This document shows positions 29,901-46,110 of a stretch of 64,000 nt of DNA, piece by piece. The notes beneath the pieces were generated by a model. That model ran no database searches and was not told the DNA's origin. It saw only the letters and a list, made by a program, of their open reading frames with translations. Source of the DNA: Eledone cirrhosa (lineage: Eukaryota); contig OZ024740.1 in assembly GCA_964016885.1 (NCBI GenBank), positions 318,556,001 through 318,620,000 of the forward strand. Direction: 5' to 3'. Each line of letters begins with the position of its first letter. The stretch's first letter is position 1. The translations under genes were made by a program, and so were the position numbers.

Positions 29901-32230
29901 CGACTGTCTCGTCTATTTCCACAACTTACATTCTATCTGACATTCTAACGACTCTACCAATTCGAAGTCTTTCTATTACAATACTCACAAAAAATAATCC
30001 AGGATTGTCTCGTCTATTTCCACAACTTACATTCTATCTGACATTCTAACGACTCTACGAATTCGCTGTCTTTCTACTACAATACTCACAACAAACAATC
30101 CAGGATTGTCTCGTCTATTTCTACAACTTACATTCTATGTGACATTAAAACGACTCTATCAATTCGAAGTCTTTCTACTACAATACTAACGTCAAATAAT
30201 CCAGGATTGTCTCGTCTATTTCCACAACTTACGTTCTATCTGACATTCTAACGACTCTACCAATTCGAATTCTTTATATTACAATACTCACAACAAATAA
30301 TCCACGACTGTCTCGTCTATTTCCACAACTTACATTCTATCTGACATTCTAACGACTCTACCAATTCGATGTGTTTCTACTACAATACTCACGACAAATA
30401 ATCCAGGATTGTGTCGTCTATTTCCACAACTTACATTCTATCTGACATTCTAACGACTCTACCAATTCGAAGTGTTTCTACTACAATGCTCACAAAAAAT
30501 AATCCACGACTGTCTCGTCTATTTCCACAACTTACATTCTATCTGACATTCTAACGACTCTACCAATTCGAAGTCTTTCTACTACAATACTAACTTTAAA
30601 TAATCCAGGATTGTCTCGTCTATCTCCAGACCTTACATTCTATCTGACATTCTAACGACTCAACCAGTTCGCTGTATTTCAACTACAATACTACCTTCAA
30701 ATAATCCAGGATTGTCTCGTCTATTTCCACAACTTACATTCTATCTGACATTCTAACGACTCTATCAATTCGAAGTCTTTCTACTACAATACTAACGTCA
30801 AATAATCCAGGATCGTCTCGTCTATTTCCACAACTTACATTCTATCTGACATTCTAACGACTCTACCAATTCGAAGTCTTTCTACTACAATACTAACAAC
30901 AAATAATCTGGGATTGTCTCGTCTATTTCCACAACATACATTCTATCTGACATTCTAACGACTCTACCAATTCGAAGTTTTTCTACTACAATACTCCCAA
31001 CAAATAATCAAGGATTGTATCGTCGATTACCACAACTTACATTCTATCTGACATTCTAACGACTCTACCCATTCGCTGTATTTCTACTACAATACTAACT
31101 TCAAATAATCCAGGATTGTGTCCTCTATTTCCACAACTTACATTCTATGTCACATTCTAACGAGTCTACCAATTCGCTGTGTTTCTACTACAATACTCAC
31201 AACAAATAAACCAGGAATGTCTCCTCTATTTCCACAACTTACATTCTATCTGACATTCTAACGACTCTACCAATTCGCTGTCTTTCTACTACAATACTAA
31301 CTTCAAATAATCCAGGATTGTATCGGCTATTTCCACAACTTACATTCTATCTGACATTCTAACGACTCTACCAATTCGCTGTCTTTCTACTACAATACTA
31401 ACAACATATAATCTAGGATTGTCTCGTCTATTTCCACAACTTACAATCTATCTGATATTCGAACGACTCTACCAATTCGAAGTCTTTCTGCTACAATACT
31501 AACAACAAATAATCTAGGATTGTCTCGTCTATTTCCACAACTTACATTCTATCTGACATTCTAACGACTCTAACAATTCGAAGTCTTTCATCTACAATAC
31601 TCACAACAAATAATCCAGGATTGTCTCATCTATTTCCACAACTTACATTCTATCTGACATTCTAACGACTCTACCAATTCGATGTGTTTCTACTACAATA
31701 CTCACGTCAAATAATCCAGGATTGTCTCGTCTATCTCCAGACCTTACATTCTATCTGACATTCTAACGACTCTACCAGTTCGCTGTATTTCTACTACAAT
31801 ACTCACAACAAATAATCCAGGATTGTCTCGTCTATTTCCACAACTTACGTTCTATCTAACATTCTAACGTGTCTACCAATTCGAAGTCTTTCTACTACAA
31901 TACTAACTTTAAACAATCAAGGATTGTCTCCTCTATTTCCACAACTTACATTCTATCTGACATTGAAACGACTCTACCAATTCGATGTCTTTGTACTACA
32001 ATACTCACAAAACAATAATCCAGGATTGTATCGTCTTTTTCCACAACTTACATTCTATCTGACATTCTAACGACTCTACCAATTCGCTGAATTTCTACTA
32101 CAATACTAACTTCAATTAGTCCAGGATTGTCTCATCTATTTCCACAACTTACATTCTATCTGATATTCGAACGACTCTACCAATTCGAAGTCTTTCTACT
32201 ACAATACTAACAACAAATAATGCAGGATTA
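24000..32230 (+). repeat. 26/27-monomer HOR (2728 and 2627 bp), ~3 copies
   Basis: Private marker TTTCATCTAC at 26231, 28959 and 31586 (spacings 2728, 2627); GTATCGGCT at 25965, 28693 and 31320 gives the same spacings. Confidence 0.88.
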
Positions 32231-35200
32231 TCTCGTCTATTTCCACAACTTACGTTCTATCTGACATTCTAACGACTCTACCAATTCGAATTCTTTATAT
32301 TACAATACTCACAACAAATAATCCACGACTGTCTCGTCTATTTCCACAATTTACATTCTATCTGACATTCTAACGACTCTACCAATTCGATGTGTTTCTA
32401 CTACAATACTCACGACAAATAATCCAGGAATGTGTCGTCTATTTCCACAACTTACATTCTATCTGACATTCTAACGACTCTACGAATTCGCTGTCTTTCT
32501 ACTAGAATGCTCACAAAAAATAATCCACGACTGTCTCGTCTATTTCCACAACTTACATTCTATCTGACATTCTAAGGACTCTACCAATTCGAAATCTTTC
32601 TACTACAATACTCACAACAAACAATCCAGTATTGTCTCGTCTATTTCTACAACTTACATTCTATGTGACATTCAAACGACTCTATCAATTCGAAGTCTTT
32701 CTACTACAATACTAACGTCAAATAATCCAGGATTGTCTCGTCTATTTCCACAACTTACGTTCTATCTGACATTCTAACGACTCTACCAATTCGAATTCTT
32801 TCTATTACAATACTCACAACAAATAATCCAGGATTGTCTCGTCTATTTCCACAACTTACATTCTATCTGACATTCTAACGACTCTACCAATTCGAAGTCT
32901 TTCTACTACAATACTAACAACAAATAATCTGGGATTGTCTCGTCTATTTCCACAACATACATTCTATCTGACATTCTAACGACTCTACCAATTCGAAGTT
33001 TTTCTACTACAATACTCCCAACAAATAATCAAGGATTGTATCGTCGATTACCACAACTTACATTCTATCTGACATTCTAACGACTCTACCCATTCGCTGT
33101 ATTTCTACTACAATACTAACTTCAAATAATCCAGGATTGTCTCCTCTATTTCCACAACTTACATTCTATGTCACATTCTAACGAGTCTACCAATTCGCTG
33201 TGTTTCTACTACAATACTCACAACAAATAAACCAGGATTGTCTCCTCTATTTCCACAACTTACATTCTATCTGACATTCTAACGACTCTACCAATTCGCT
33301 GTCTTTCTACTACAATACTAACTTCAAATAATCCAGGATTGTATCGGCTATTTCCACAACTTACATTCTATCTGACATTCTAACGACTCTACCAATTCGC
33401 TGTCTTTCTACTACAATACTAACAACATATAATCTAGGATTGTCTCGTCTATTTCCACAACTTACAATCTATCTGATATTCGAACGACTCTACCAATTCG
33501 AAGTCTTTCTGCTACAATACTAACAACAAATAATCTAGAATTGTCTCGTCTATTTCCACAACTTACATTCTATCTGACATTCTAACGACTCTACCAATTC
33601 AATGTGTTTCTACTACAATACTCACGTCAAATAATCCAGGATTGTCTCGTCTATCTCCAGACCTTACATTCTATCTGACATTCTAACGACTCTACCAGTT
33701 CGCTGTATTTCTACTACAATACTCACAACAAATAATCCAGGATTGTATCGTCTATTTCCACAACTTACATTCTATCTCACATTCTAACGTGTCTACCAAT
33801 TCGAAGTCTTTCTACTACAATACTAACTTTAAACAATCCAGGATTGTCTCCTCTATTTCCACAACTTACATTCTATCTGACATTGAAACGACTCTACCAA
33901 TTCGATGTCTTTGTACTACAATACTCACAAAAAAATAATCCAGGATTGTATCGTCTTTTTCCACAACTTACATTCTATCTGACATTCTAACGATTCTACC
34001 AATTCGCTGTATTTCTACTACAATACTAACTTCAATTAGTCCAGGATTGTCTCATCTATTTCCACAACTTACATTCTATCTGATATTCGAACGACTCTAC
34101 CAATTCGAAGTCTTTCTACTACAATACTAACAACAAATAATGCAGGATTATCTCGTCTATTTCCACAGCTTACATTCTATCTGACATTCTAACGACTCTA
34201 CGAATTCGCTGTCTTTCTACTACAATACTCACAACAAACAATCCAGGATTGTCTCGTCTATTTCTACAACTTACATTCTATGTGACATTAAAACGACTCT
34301 ATCAATTCGAAGTCTTTCTACTACAATACTAACGTCAAATAATCCAGGATTGTCTCGTCTATTTCCACAACTTACGTTCTATCTGACATTCTAACGACTC
34401 TACCAATTCGAATTCTTTATATTACAATACTCACAACAAATAATCCACGACTGTCTCGTCTATTTCCACAACTTACATTCTATCTGACATTCTAACGACT
34501 CTACCAATTCGATGTGTTTCTACTGCAATACTCACGACAAATAATCCAGGATTGTGTCGTCTATTTCCACAACTTACATTCTATCTGACATTCTAACGAC
34601 TCTACCAATTCGAAGTATTTCTACTACAATGCTCACAAAAAATAATCCACGACTGTCTCGTCTATTTCCACAACTTACATTCTATCTGACATTTTAACGA
34701 CTCTACCAATTCGAAATGTTTCTACTACAATACTCACAACAAACAATCCAGGATTGTCTCGTCTATTTCTACAACTTACATTCTATGTGACATTCAAACG
34801 ACTCTATCAATTCGAAGTCTTTCTACTACAATACTAACGTCAAATAATCCAGGATTGTCTCGTCTATTTCCACAACTTACGTTCTATCTGAAATTCTAAC
34901 GACTCTACCAATTCGAATTCTTTCTATTACAATACTCACAACAAATAATCCAGGATTGTCTCGTCTATTTCCACAACTTACATTCTATCTGACATTCTAA
35001 CAACTCTACGAATTCGCTGTCTTTCTACTACAATGCTCACAACAAATAATCCACGACTGTCTCGTCTATTTCCACAACTTACATTCTATGTGACATTCTA
35101 ACGACTCTACCAATTCGAAATCTTTCTACTACAATACTCACAACAAACAATCCAGGATTGTCTCGTCTATTTCTACAACTTACATTCTATCTGACATTCT

Positions 35201-38200
35201 AACGACTCTACCAATTCGAAATCTTTCTACTACAATACTCACGTCAAATAATCCAGGATTGTCTCGTCTATCTCCAGACCTTACATTCTATCTGACATTC
35301 TAACGACTCTACCAGTTCGCTGTATTTCTACTACAATACTCACAACAAATAATCCAGGATTGTCTCGTCTATTTCCACAACTTACATTCTATCTCACATT
35401 CTAACGTGTCTACCAATTCGAAGTCTTTCTACTACAATACTAACATTAAACAGTCCAGGATTGTCTCCTCTATTTCCACAACTTACATTCTATCTGACAT
35501 TGAAACGACTCTACCAATTCGATGTCTTTGTACTACAATACTCACAACAAACAATCCAGGATTGTCTCGTCTATTTCTACAACTTACTTTCTATGTGACA
35601 TTCAAACGACTCTATCAATTCGAAGTCTTTCTACAACAATACTAACGTAAAATAATCCAGGATTGTCTCGTCCATTTCCACAACTTACATTCTATCTGAC
35701 ATTCTAACGACTCTACCAATTCGAAGTCTTTCTACTACAATACTAACTTTAAATAATCCAGGATTGTCTCGTCTACTTCCACAACTTACATTCTATCTGA
35801 TATTCTAAAGACTCTACCCATTCGCTGTATTTCTACTACAATACTAACTTCAAATAATCCAGGATTGTCTCGTCTACTTCCACAAATCACATTCTATGTG
35901 ATATTCTAACGACTCTACCAATTCGAAGTCTTTCTACTACAATACTCACAACAAATAATCCATATCGTCTCGTCTATTTCCACAACATACATTCTATCTG
36001 ACATTCTAACGACTCTACCAATTCGATGTCTTTGTACTACAATACTCACAAAAAAATAATCCAGGATTGTATCGTCTCTTTCCACAACTTACATTCTATC
36101 TGACATTCTAACGACTCTACCAATTCGCTGTATTTCTACTACAATACTAACTTCAATTAGTCCAGGATTGTCTCATCTATTTCCACAACTTACATTCTAT
36201 CTGATATTCGAACGACTCTACCAATTCGAAGTCTTTCTACTACAATACTCACAACAAACAATCCAGGATTGTCTCGTCTATTTCTACAACTTACATTCTA
36301 TGTGACATTAAAACGACTCTATCAATTCGAAGTCTTTCTACTACAATACTAACGTCAAATAATCCAGGATTGTCTCGTCTATTTCCACAACTTACGTTCT
36401 ATCTGACATTCTAACGACTCTACCAATTCGAATTCTTTATATTACAATACTCACAACAAATAATCCACGACTGCCTCGTCTATTTCCACAACTTACATTC
36501 TATCTGACATTCTAACGACTCTACCAATTCGATGTGTTTCTACTACAACACTCAAGACAAATAATCCAGGATTGTCTCGCCTATTTTCACAACTTACATT
36601 CTATCTGACATTCTAACAACTCTACGAATTCGCTGTCTTTCTACTACAATGCTCACAACAAACAATCCAGGATTGTCTCGTCTATTACTACAACTTACAT
36701 TCTATGTGACATTCTAACGACTCTACCAATTCGAATTCTTTCTATTACAATACTCACAACAAATAATCCAGGATTGTCTCGTCTATTTCCACAACTTACA
36801 TTCTATCTGACATTCTAACGACTCTACGAATTCGCTGTCTTTCTACTACAATGCTCACAACAAATAATCCACGACTGTCTCGTCTATTTCCACAACTTAC
36901 ATTCTATCTGACATTCTAACGACTCTACGAATTCGCTGTCTTTCTACTACAATGCTCACAACAAATAATCCACGACTGTCTCGTCTATTTCCACAACTTA
37001 CATTCTATCTGACATTCTAACGACTCTACGAATTCGCTGTCTTTCTACTACAATGCTCACAACAAACAATCCAGGATTGTCTCGTCTATTTCCACAACAT
37101 ACATTCTATCTGACATTCAAACGACTCTATCAATTCGAAGTCTTTCTACAACAATACTAACGTAAAATAATCCAGGATTGTCTCGTCCATTTCCACAACT
37201 TACATTCTATCTGACATTCTAACGACTCTACCAATTCGAAGTCTTTCTACTACAATACTAACTTTAAATAATCCAGGATTGTCTCGTCTATCTCCAGACC
37301 TTACATTCTATCTGACATTCTAACGACTCTACCAGTTCGCTGTATTTCAACTACAATACTCACGACAAATAATCCAGGATTGTCTCGTCTATTTCCACAA
37401 CTTACATTCTATCTGACATTGAAACGACTCTACCAATTCGATTTCTTTGTACTACAATACTCACAAAAAAATAATCCAGGATTGTATCGTCTTTTTCCAC
37501 AACTTACATTCTATCTGACATTCTAACGACTCTACCAATTCGCTGTATTTCTACTACAATACTAACTTCAATTAGTCCAGGATTGACTCATCTATTTCCA
37601 CAACTTACATTCTATCTGATATTCGAACGACTCTACCAATTCGAAGTCTTTCTACTACAATACTCACAACAAACAATCCAGGATTGCCTCGTCTATTTCT
37701 ACAACTTACATTCTATGTGACATTAAAACGACTCTATCAATTCGAAGTCTTTCTACTACAATATTAACGTCAAATAATCCAGGATTGTCTCGTCTATTTC
37801 CACAACTTACGTTCTATCTGACATTCTAACGACTCTACCAATTCGAATTCTTTATATTACAATACTCACAACAAATAATCCACGACTGCCTCGTCTATTT
37901 CCACAACTTACATTCTATCTGACATTCTAACGACTCTACCAATTCGATGTGTTTCTACTACAATACTCAAGACAACTAATCCAGGATTGTCTCGTCTATT
38001 TTCACAACTTACATTCTATCTGACATTCTAACGACTCTACGAATTCGCTGTCTTTCTACTACAATGCTCACAAAAAATAATCCACGACTGTCTCGTCTAT
38101 TTCCACAACTTACATTCTATCTGACATTCTAACGACTCTACCAATTCGAAATCTTTCTACTACAATACTCACAACAAACAATCCAGGATTGTCTCGTCTA

Positions 38201-39239
38201 TTTCTACAATTTACATTCTATGTGACATTCAAACGACTCTATCAATTCGAAGTCTTTCTACAACAATACTAACGTAAAATAATCCAGGATTGTCTCGTCC
38301 ATTTCCACAACTTACATTCTATCTGACATTCTAACGACTCTACCAATTCGAAGTCTTTCTACTACAATACTAACATTAAATAATCCAGGATTGTCTCGTC
38401 TATCTCCAGACCTTACATTCTATCTGACATTCTAACGACTCTACCAGTTCGCTGTATTTCAACTACAATACTAACTTCAAATAATCCAGGATTGTCTCGT
38501 CTGTTTCCACAACTTACATTCTATCTGATATTCTAACGACTCTACCCATTCGCTGTATTTCTACTACAATACTAACTTCAAATAATCCAGGATTGTCGCG
38601 TCTACTTCCACAACTTACATTCTATCTGGCATTCTAACGACTCTACCAATTCGAAGTCTTTCTACTACAATACTCACAACAAATAATCCATATTGTCTCG
38701 TCTATTTCCACAACTTACATTCTATCTGACATTCAAACGACTCTACCAATTCGATGTGTTTCTACTACAATACTCACGACAAATAATCCAGGATTGTCTC
38801 GTCTATTTCCACAACTTACATTCTATCTGACATTCTAACGACTCTACGAATTCGCTGTCTTTCTACTACAATGCTCACAACAAATAATCCACGACTGTCT
38901 CGTCTATTTCCACAACATACATTCTATCTGACATTCTAACGACTCTACCAATTCGAATTCTTTATATTACAATACTCACAACAAATAATCCACGACTGTC
39001 TCGTCTATTTCCACAACTTACATTCTATCTGACATTCTAACGACTCTACCAATTCGATGTGTTTCTACTACAATACTCACGACAAATAATCCAGGATTGT
39101 CTCGTCTATTTCCACAACTTACATTCTATCTGACATTCTAACGACTCTACGAATTCGCTGTCTTTCTACTACAATGCTCACAACAAATAATCCACGACTG
39201 TCTCGTCTATTTCCACAACATACATTCTATCTGACATTC

Positions 39240-42200
39240 TAACGACTCTACCAATTCGAAGTATTTCTACTACAATACTAACAACAGATAATCTGGGATT
39301 GTCTCGTCTATTTCCACAACATACATTCTATCTGACATTCTAACGACTCTACCAATTCGAAGTTTTTCTACTACAATACTCCCAACAAATAATCAAGGAT
39401 TGTATCGTCTATTTCCACAACTTACATTCTATCTGACATTCTAACGACTCTACCCATTCGCTGTATTTCTACTACAATACTAACTTCAAATAATCCAGGA
39501 TTGTCTCCTCTATTTCCACAACTTACATTCTATGTCACAATCTAACGAGTCTAGCAATTCGCTGTGTTTCTACTACAATACTCACAACAAATAAACCAGG
39601 ATTGTCTCGTCTATTTCCACAACTTACATTATATCTGACATACTAACGACTCTACGAATTCGAAGTCTTTCTACTACAATACTAACTTTAAACTATCCAG
39701 GATTGTCTCCTCTATTTCCACAACTTACATTCTATCTGACATTCTAACGACTCTATCAATTCGAAGTCTTTCTACTACAATACTAACGTCAAATAATCCA
39801 GGATTGTCTCGTCTATTTCCACAACTTACGTTCTATCTGACATTCTAACGACTCTACCAATTCGAATTCTTTCTATTACAATACTCACAACAAATAATCC
39901 AGGATTGTCTCGTCTATTTCCACAACTTACATTCTATCTGACATTCTAACGACTCTACGAATTCGCTGTCTTTCTACTACAATGCCCACAACAAATAATC
40001 CACGACTGTCTCGTCTATTTCCACAACTTACATTCTATCTGACATTCTAACGACTCTACCAATTCGAAATCTTTCTACTAAAATACTCAACAACAAACAA
40101 TCCAGGATTGTCTCGTCTATTTCTACAACTTACATTCTATGTGACATTCAAACGACTCTATCAATTCGAAGTCTTTCTACAACCATACTAACGTAAAATA
40201 ATCCAGGATTGTCTCGTCCATTTCCACAACTTACATTCTATCTGACATTCTACACGACTCTACCAATTCGAAGTCTTTCTACTACAAAACTAACTTTAAA
40301 TAATCCAGGATTGTCTCGTCTATCTCCAGACCTTACATTCTATCTGACATTCTAACGACTCTACCAGTTCGCTGTATTTCAACTACAATACTAACTTCAA
40401 ATAATCCAGGATTGTCTCGTCTATTTCCACAACTTACATTCTATCTGATATTCTAACGACTCTACCAGTTCGCTGTATTTCTACTACAATACTAACTTCA
40501 AATAATCCAGGATTGTCTCGTCTACTTCCACAACTTACATTCTATGTGATATTCTAACGACTCTACCAATTCGAAATCTTTCTACTACAATACTCACAAC
40601 AAATAATCCATATTGTCTCGTCTATTTCCACCACTTACATTCTATCTGACATTCAAACGACTCTATCAATTCGAAGTCTTTCTACTACAATACTAACGTC
40701 AAATAATCCAGGATTGTCTCGTCTATTTCCACAACTTACGTTCTATCTGACATTGAAACGACTCTACCAATTCGATGTCTTTGTACTACAATACTCACAA
40801 AAAAATAATCCAGGATTGTATCGTCTTTTTCCACAACTTACATTCTATCTGACATTCTAACGACTCTACCAATTCGCTGTATTTCTACTACAATACTAAC
40901 TTCAATTAGTCCAGGATTGTCTCATCTATTTCCACAACTTACATTCTATCTGACATTCTAACGACTCTACCAATTCGAAGTATTTCTACTACAATACTAA
41001 CAACAGATAATCTGGGATTGTCTCGTCTATTTCCACAACATACATTCTATCTGACATTCTAACGACTCTACCAATTCGAAGTTTTTCTACTACAATACTC
41101 CCAACAAATAATCAAGGATTGTATCGTCTATTTCCACAACTTACATTCTATCTGACATTCTAACGACTCTACCCATTCGCTGTATTTCTACTACAATACT
41201 AACTTCAAATAATCCAGGATTGTCTCCTCTATTTCCACAACTTACATTCTATGTCACAATCTAACGAGTCTAGCAATTCGCTGTGTTTCTACTACAATAC
41301 TCACAACAAATAAACCAGGATTGTCTCGTCTATTTCCACAACTTACATTATATCTGACATACTAACGACTCTACGAATTCGAAGTCTTTCTACTACAATA
41401 CTAACTTTAAACTATCCAGGATTGTCTCCTCTATTTCCACAACTTACATTCTATCTGACATTCTAACGACTCTATCAATTCGAAGTCTTTCTACTACAAT
41501 ACTAACGTCAAATAATCCAGGATTGTCTCGTCTATTTCCACAACTTACGTTCTATCTGACATTCTAACGGCTCTACCAATTCGAATTCTTTCTATTACAA
41601 TACTCACAACAAATAATCCAGGATTGTCTCGTCTATTTCCACAACTTACATTCTATCTGACATTCTAACGACTCTACGAATTCGCTGTCTTTCTACTACA
41701 ATGCCCACAACAAATAATCCACGACTGTCTCGTCTATTTCCACAACTTACATTCTATCTGACATTCTAACGACTCTACCAATTCGAAATCTTTCTACTAA
41801 AATACTCAACAACAAACAATCCAGGATTGTCTCGTCTATTTCTACAACTTACATTCTATGTGACATTCAAACGACTCTATCAATTCGAAGTCTTTCTACA
41901 ACCATACTAACGTAAAATAATCCAGGATTGTCTCGTCCATTTCCACAACTTACATTCTATCTGACATTCTACACGACTCTACCAATTCGAAGTCTTTCTA
42001 CTACAAAACTAACTTTAAATAATCCAGGATTGTCTCGTCTATCTCCAGACCTTACATTCTATCTGACATTCTAACGACTCTACCAGTTCGCTGTATTTCA
42101 ACTACAATACTAACTTCAAATAATCCAGGATTGTCTCGTCTATTTCCACAACTTACATTCTATCTGATATTCTAACGACTCTACCCATTCGCTGTATTTC

Positions 42201-45200
42201 TACTACAATACTAACTTCAAATAATCCAGGATTGTCTCGTCTACTTCCACAACTTACATTCTATGTGATATTCTAACGACTCTACCAATTCGAAATCTTT
42301 CTACTACAATACTCACAACAAATAATCCATATTGTCTCGTCTATTTCCACCACTTACATTCTATCTGACATTCAAACGACTCTATCAATTCGAAGTCTTT
42401 CTACTACAATACTAACGTCAAATAATCCAGGATTGTCTCGTCTATTTCCACAACTTACGTTCTATCTGACATTGAAACGACTCTACCAATTCGATGTCTT
42501 TGTACTACAATACTCACAAAAAAATAATCCAGGATTGTATCGTCTTTTTCCACAACTTACATTCTATCTGACATTCTAACGACTCTACCAATTCGCTGTA
42601 TTTCTACTACAATACTAACTTCAATTAGTCCAGGATTGTCTCATCTATTTCCACAACTTACATTCTATCTGATATTCGAACGACTCTACCAATTCGAAGT
42701 CTTTCTACTACAATACTCACAACAAACAATCCAGGATTGTCTCGTCTATTTCTACAACTTACATTCTATGTGACATTAAAACGACTCTATCAATTCGAAG
42801 TCTTTCTACTACAATACTCCCAACAAATAATCAAGGATTGTATCGTCTATTTCCACAACTTACATTCTATCTGACATTCTAACGACTCTACCCATTCGCT
42901 GTATTTCTACTACAATACTAACTTCAAATAATCCAGGATTGTCTCCTCTATTTCCACAACTTACATTCTATGTCACAACCTAACGAGTCTAGCAATTCGC
43001 TGTGTTTCTACTACAATACTCACAACAAATAAACCAGGATTGTCTCGTCTATTTCCACAACTTACATTATATCTGACATACTAACGACTCTACGAATTCG
43101 AAGTCTTTCTACTACAATACTAACTTTAAACTATCCAGGATTTTCTCCTCTATTTCCACAACTTACATTCTATCTGACATTCTAACGACTCTATCAATTC
43201 GAAGTCTTTCTACTACAATACTAACGTCAAATAATCCAGGATTGTCTCGTCTATTTCCACAACTTACGTTCTATCTGACATTCTAACGACTCTACCAATT
43301 CGAATTCTTTCTATTACAATACTCACAACAAATAATCCAGGATTGTCTCGTCTATTTCCACAACTTACATTCTATCTGACATTCTAACGACTCTACGAAT
43401 TCGCTGTCTTTCTACTACAATGCCCACAACAAATAATCCACGACTGTCTCGTCTATTTCCATAACTTACATTCTATCTGACATTCTAACGACTCTACCAA
43501 TTCGAAATCTTTCTACTAAAATACTCAACAACAAACAATCCAGGATTGTCTCGTCTATTTCTACAACTTACATTCTATGTGACATTCAAACGACTCTATC
43601 AATTCGAAGTCTTTCTACAACCATACTAACGTAAAATAATCCAGGATTGTCTCGTCCATTTCCACAACTTACATTCTATCTGACATTCTACACGACTCTA
43701 CCAATTCGAAGTCTTTCTACTACAAAACTAACTTTAAATAATCCAGGATTGTCTCGTCTATCTCCAGACCTTACATTCTATCTGACATTCTAACGACTCT
43801 ACCAGTTCGCTGTATTTCAACTACAATACTAACTTCAAATAATCCAGGATTGTCTCGTCTATTTCCACAACTTACATTCTATCTGATATTCTAACGACTC
43901 TACCCATTCGCTGTATTTCTACTACAATACTAACTTCAAATAATCCAGGATTGTCTCGTCTACTTCCACAACTTACATTCTATGTGATATTCTAACGACT
44001 CTACCAATTCGAAATCTTTCTACTACAATACTCACAACAAATAATCCATATTGTCTCGTCTATTTCCACCACTTACATTCTATCTGACATTCAAACGACT
44101 CTATCAATTCGAAGTCTTTCTACTACAATACTAACGTCAAATAATCCAGGATTGTCTCGTCTATTTCCACAACTTACGTTCTATCTGACATTGAAACGAC
44201 TCTACCAGTTCGATGTCTTTGTACTACAATACTCACAAAAAAATAATCCAGGATTGTATCGTCTTTTTCCACAACTTACATTCTATCTGACATTCTAACG
44301 ACTCTACCAATTCGCTGTATTTCTACTACAATACTAACTTCAATTAGTCCAGGATTGTCTCATCTATTTCCACAACTTACATTCTATCTGACATTCTAAC
44401 GACTCTACCAATTCGAAGTATTTCTACTACAATACTAACAACAGATAATCTGGGATTGTCTCGTCTATTTCCACAACATACATTCTATCTGACATTCTAA
44501 CGACTCTACCAATTCGAAGTTTTTCTACTACAATACTCCCAACAAATAATCAAGGATTGTATCGTCTATTTCCACAACTTACATTCTATCTGACATTCTA
44601 ACGACTCTACCCATTCGCTGTATTTCTACTACAATACTAACTTCAAATAATCCAGGATTGTCTCCTCTATTTCCACAACTTACATTCTATGTCACAATCT
44701 AACGAGTCTAGCAATTCGCTGTGTTTCTACTACAATACTCACAACAAATAAACCAGGATTGTCTCGTCTATTTCCACAACTTACATTATATCTGACATAC
44801 TAACGACTCTACGAATTCGAAGTCTTTCTACTACAATACTAACTTTAAACTATCCAGGATTGTCTCCTCTATTTCAACAACTTACATTCTATCTGACATT
44901 CTAACGACTCTATCAATTCGAAGTCTTTCTACTACAATACTAACGTCAAATAATCCAGGATTGTCTCGTCTATTTCCACAACTTACGTTCTATCTGACAT
45001 TCTAACGACTCTACCAATTCGAATTCTTTCTATTACAATACTCACAACAAATAATCCAGGATTGTCTCGTCTATTTCCACAACTTACATTCTATCTGACA
45101 TTCTAACGACTCTACGAATTCGCTGTCTTTCTACTACAATGCCCACAACAAATAATCCACGACTGTCTCGTCTATTTCCACAACTTACATTCTATCTGAC

Positions 45201-46110
45201 ATTCTAACGACTCTACCAATTCGAAATCTTTCTACTAAAATACTCAACAACAAACAATCCAGGATTGTCTCGTCTATTTCTACAACTTACATTCTATGTG
45301 ACATTCAAACGACTCTATCAATTCGAAGTTTTTCTACAACCATACTAACGTAAAATAATCCAGGATTGTCTCGTCCATTTCCACAACTTACATTCTATCT
45401 GACATTCTACACGACTCTACCAATTCGAAGTCTTTCTACTACAAAACTAACTTTAAATAATCCAGGATTGTCTCGTCTATCTCCAGACCTTACATTCTAT
45501 CTGACATTCTAACGACTCTACCAGTTCGCTGTATTTCAACTACAATACTAACTTCAAATAATCCAGGATTGTCTCGTCTATTTCCACAACTTACATTCTA
45601 TCTGATATTCTAACGACTCTACCCATTCGCTGTATTTCTACTACAATCCTAACTTCAAATAATCCAGGATTGTCTCGTCTACTTCCACAACTTACATTCT
45701 ATGTGATATTCTAACGACTCTACCAATTCGAAATCTTTCTACTACAATACTCACAACAAATAATCCATATTGTCTCGTCTATTTCCACCACTTACATTCT
45801 ATCTGACATTCAAACGACTCTATCAATTCGAAGTCTTTCTACTACAATACTAACGTCAAATAATCCAGGATTGTCTCGTCTATTTCCACAACTTACGTTC
45901 TATCTGACATTGAAACGACTCTACCAATTCGATGTCTTTGTACTACAATACTCACAAAAAAATAATCCAGGATTGTATCGTCTTTTTCCACAACTTACAT
46001 TCTATCTGACATTCTAACGACTCTACCAATTCGCTGTATTTCTACTACAATACTAACTTCAATTAGTCCAGGATTGTCTCATCTATTTCCACAACTTACA
46101 TTCTATCTGA
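39240..46110 (+). repeat. 17-monomer HOR (1719 bp), 4 tandem copies
   Basis: The 1-bp insertion marker TACACGACTC occurs at 40251, 41970, 43689 and 45408, each 1719 bp apart (17x101+2). Each copy also carries ATGCCCACA, CTAAAATACTCAAC and TTCCACCAC. Confidence 0.92.
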
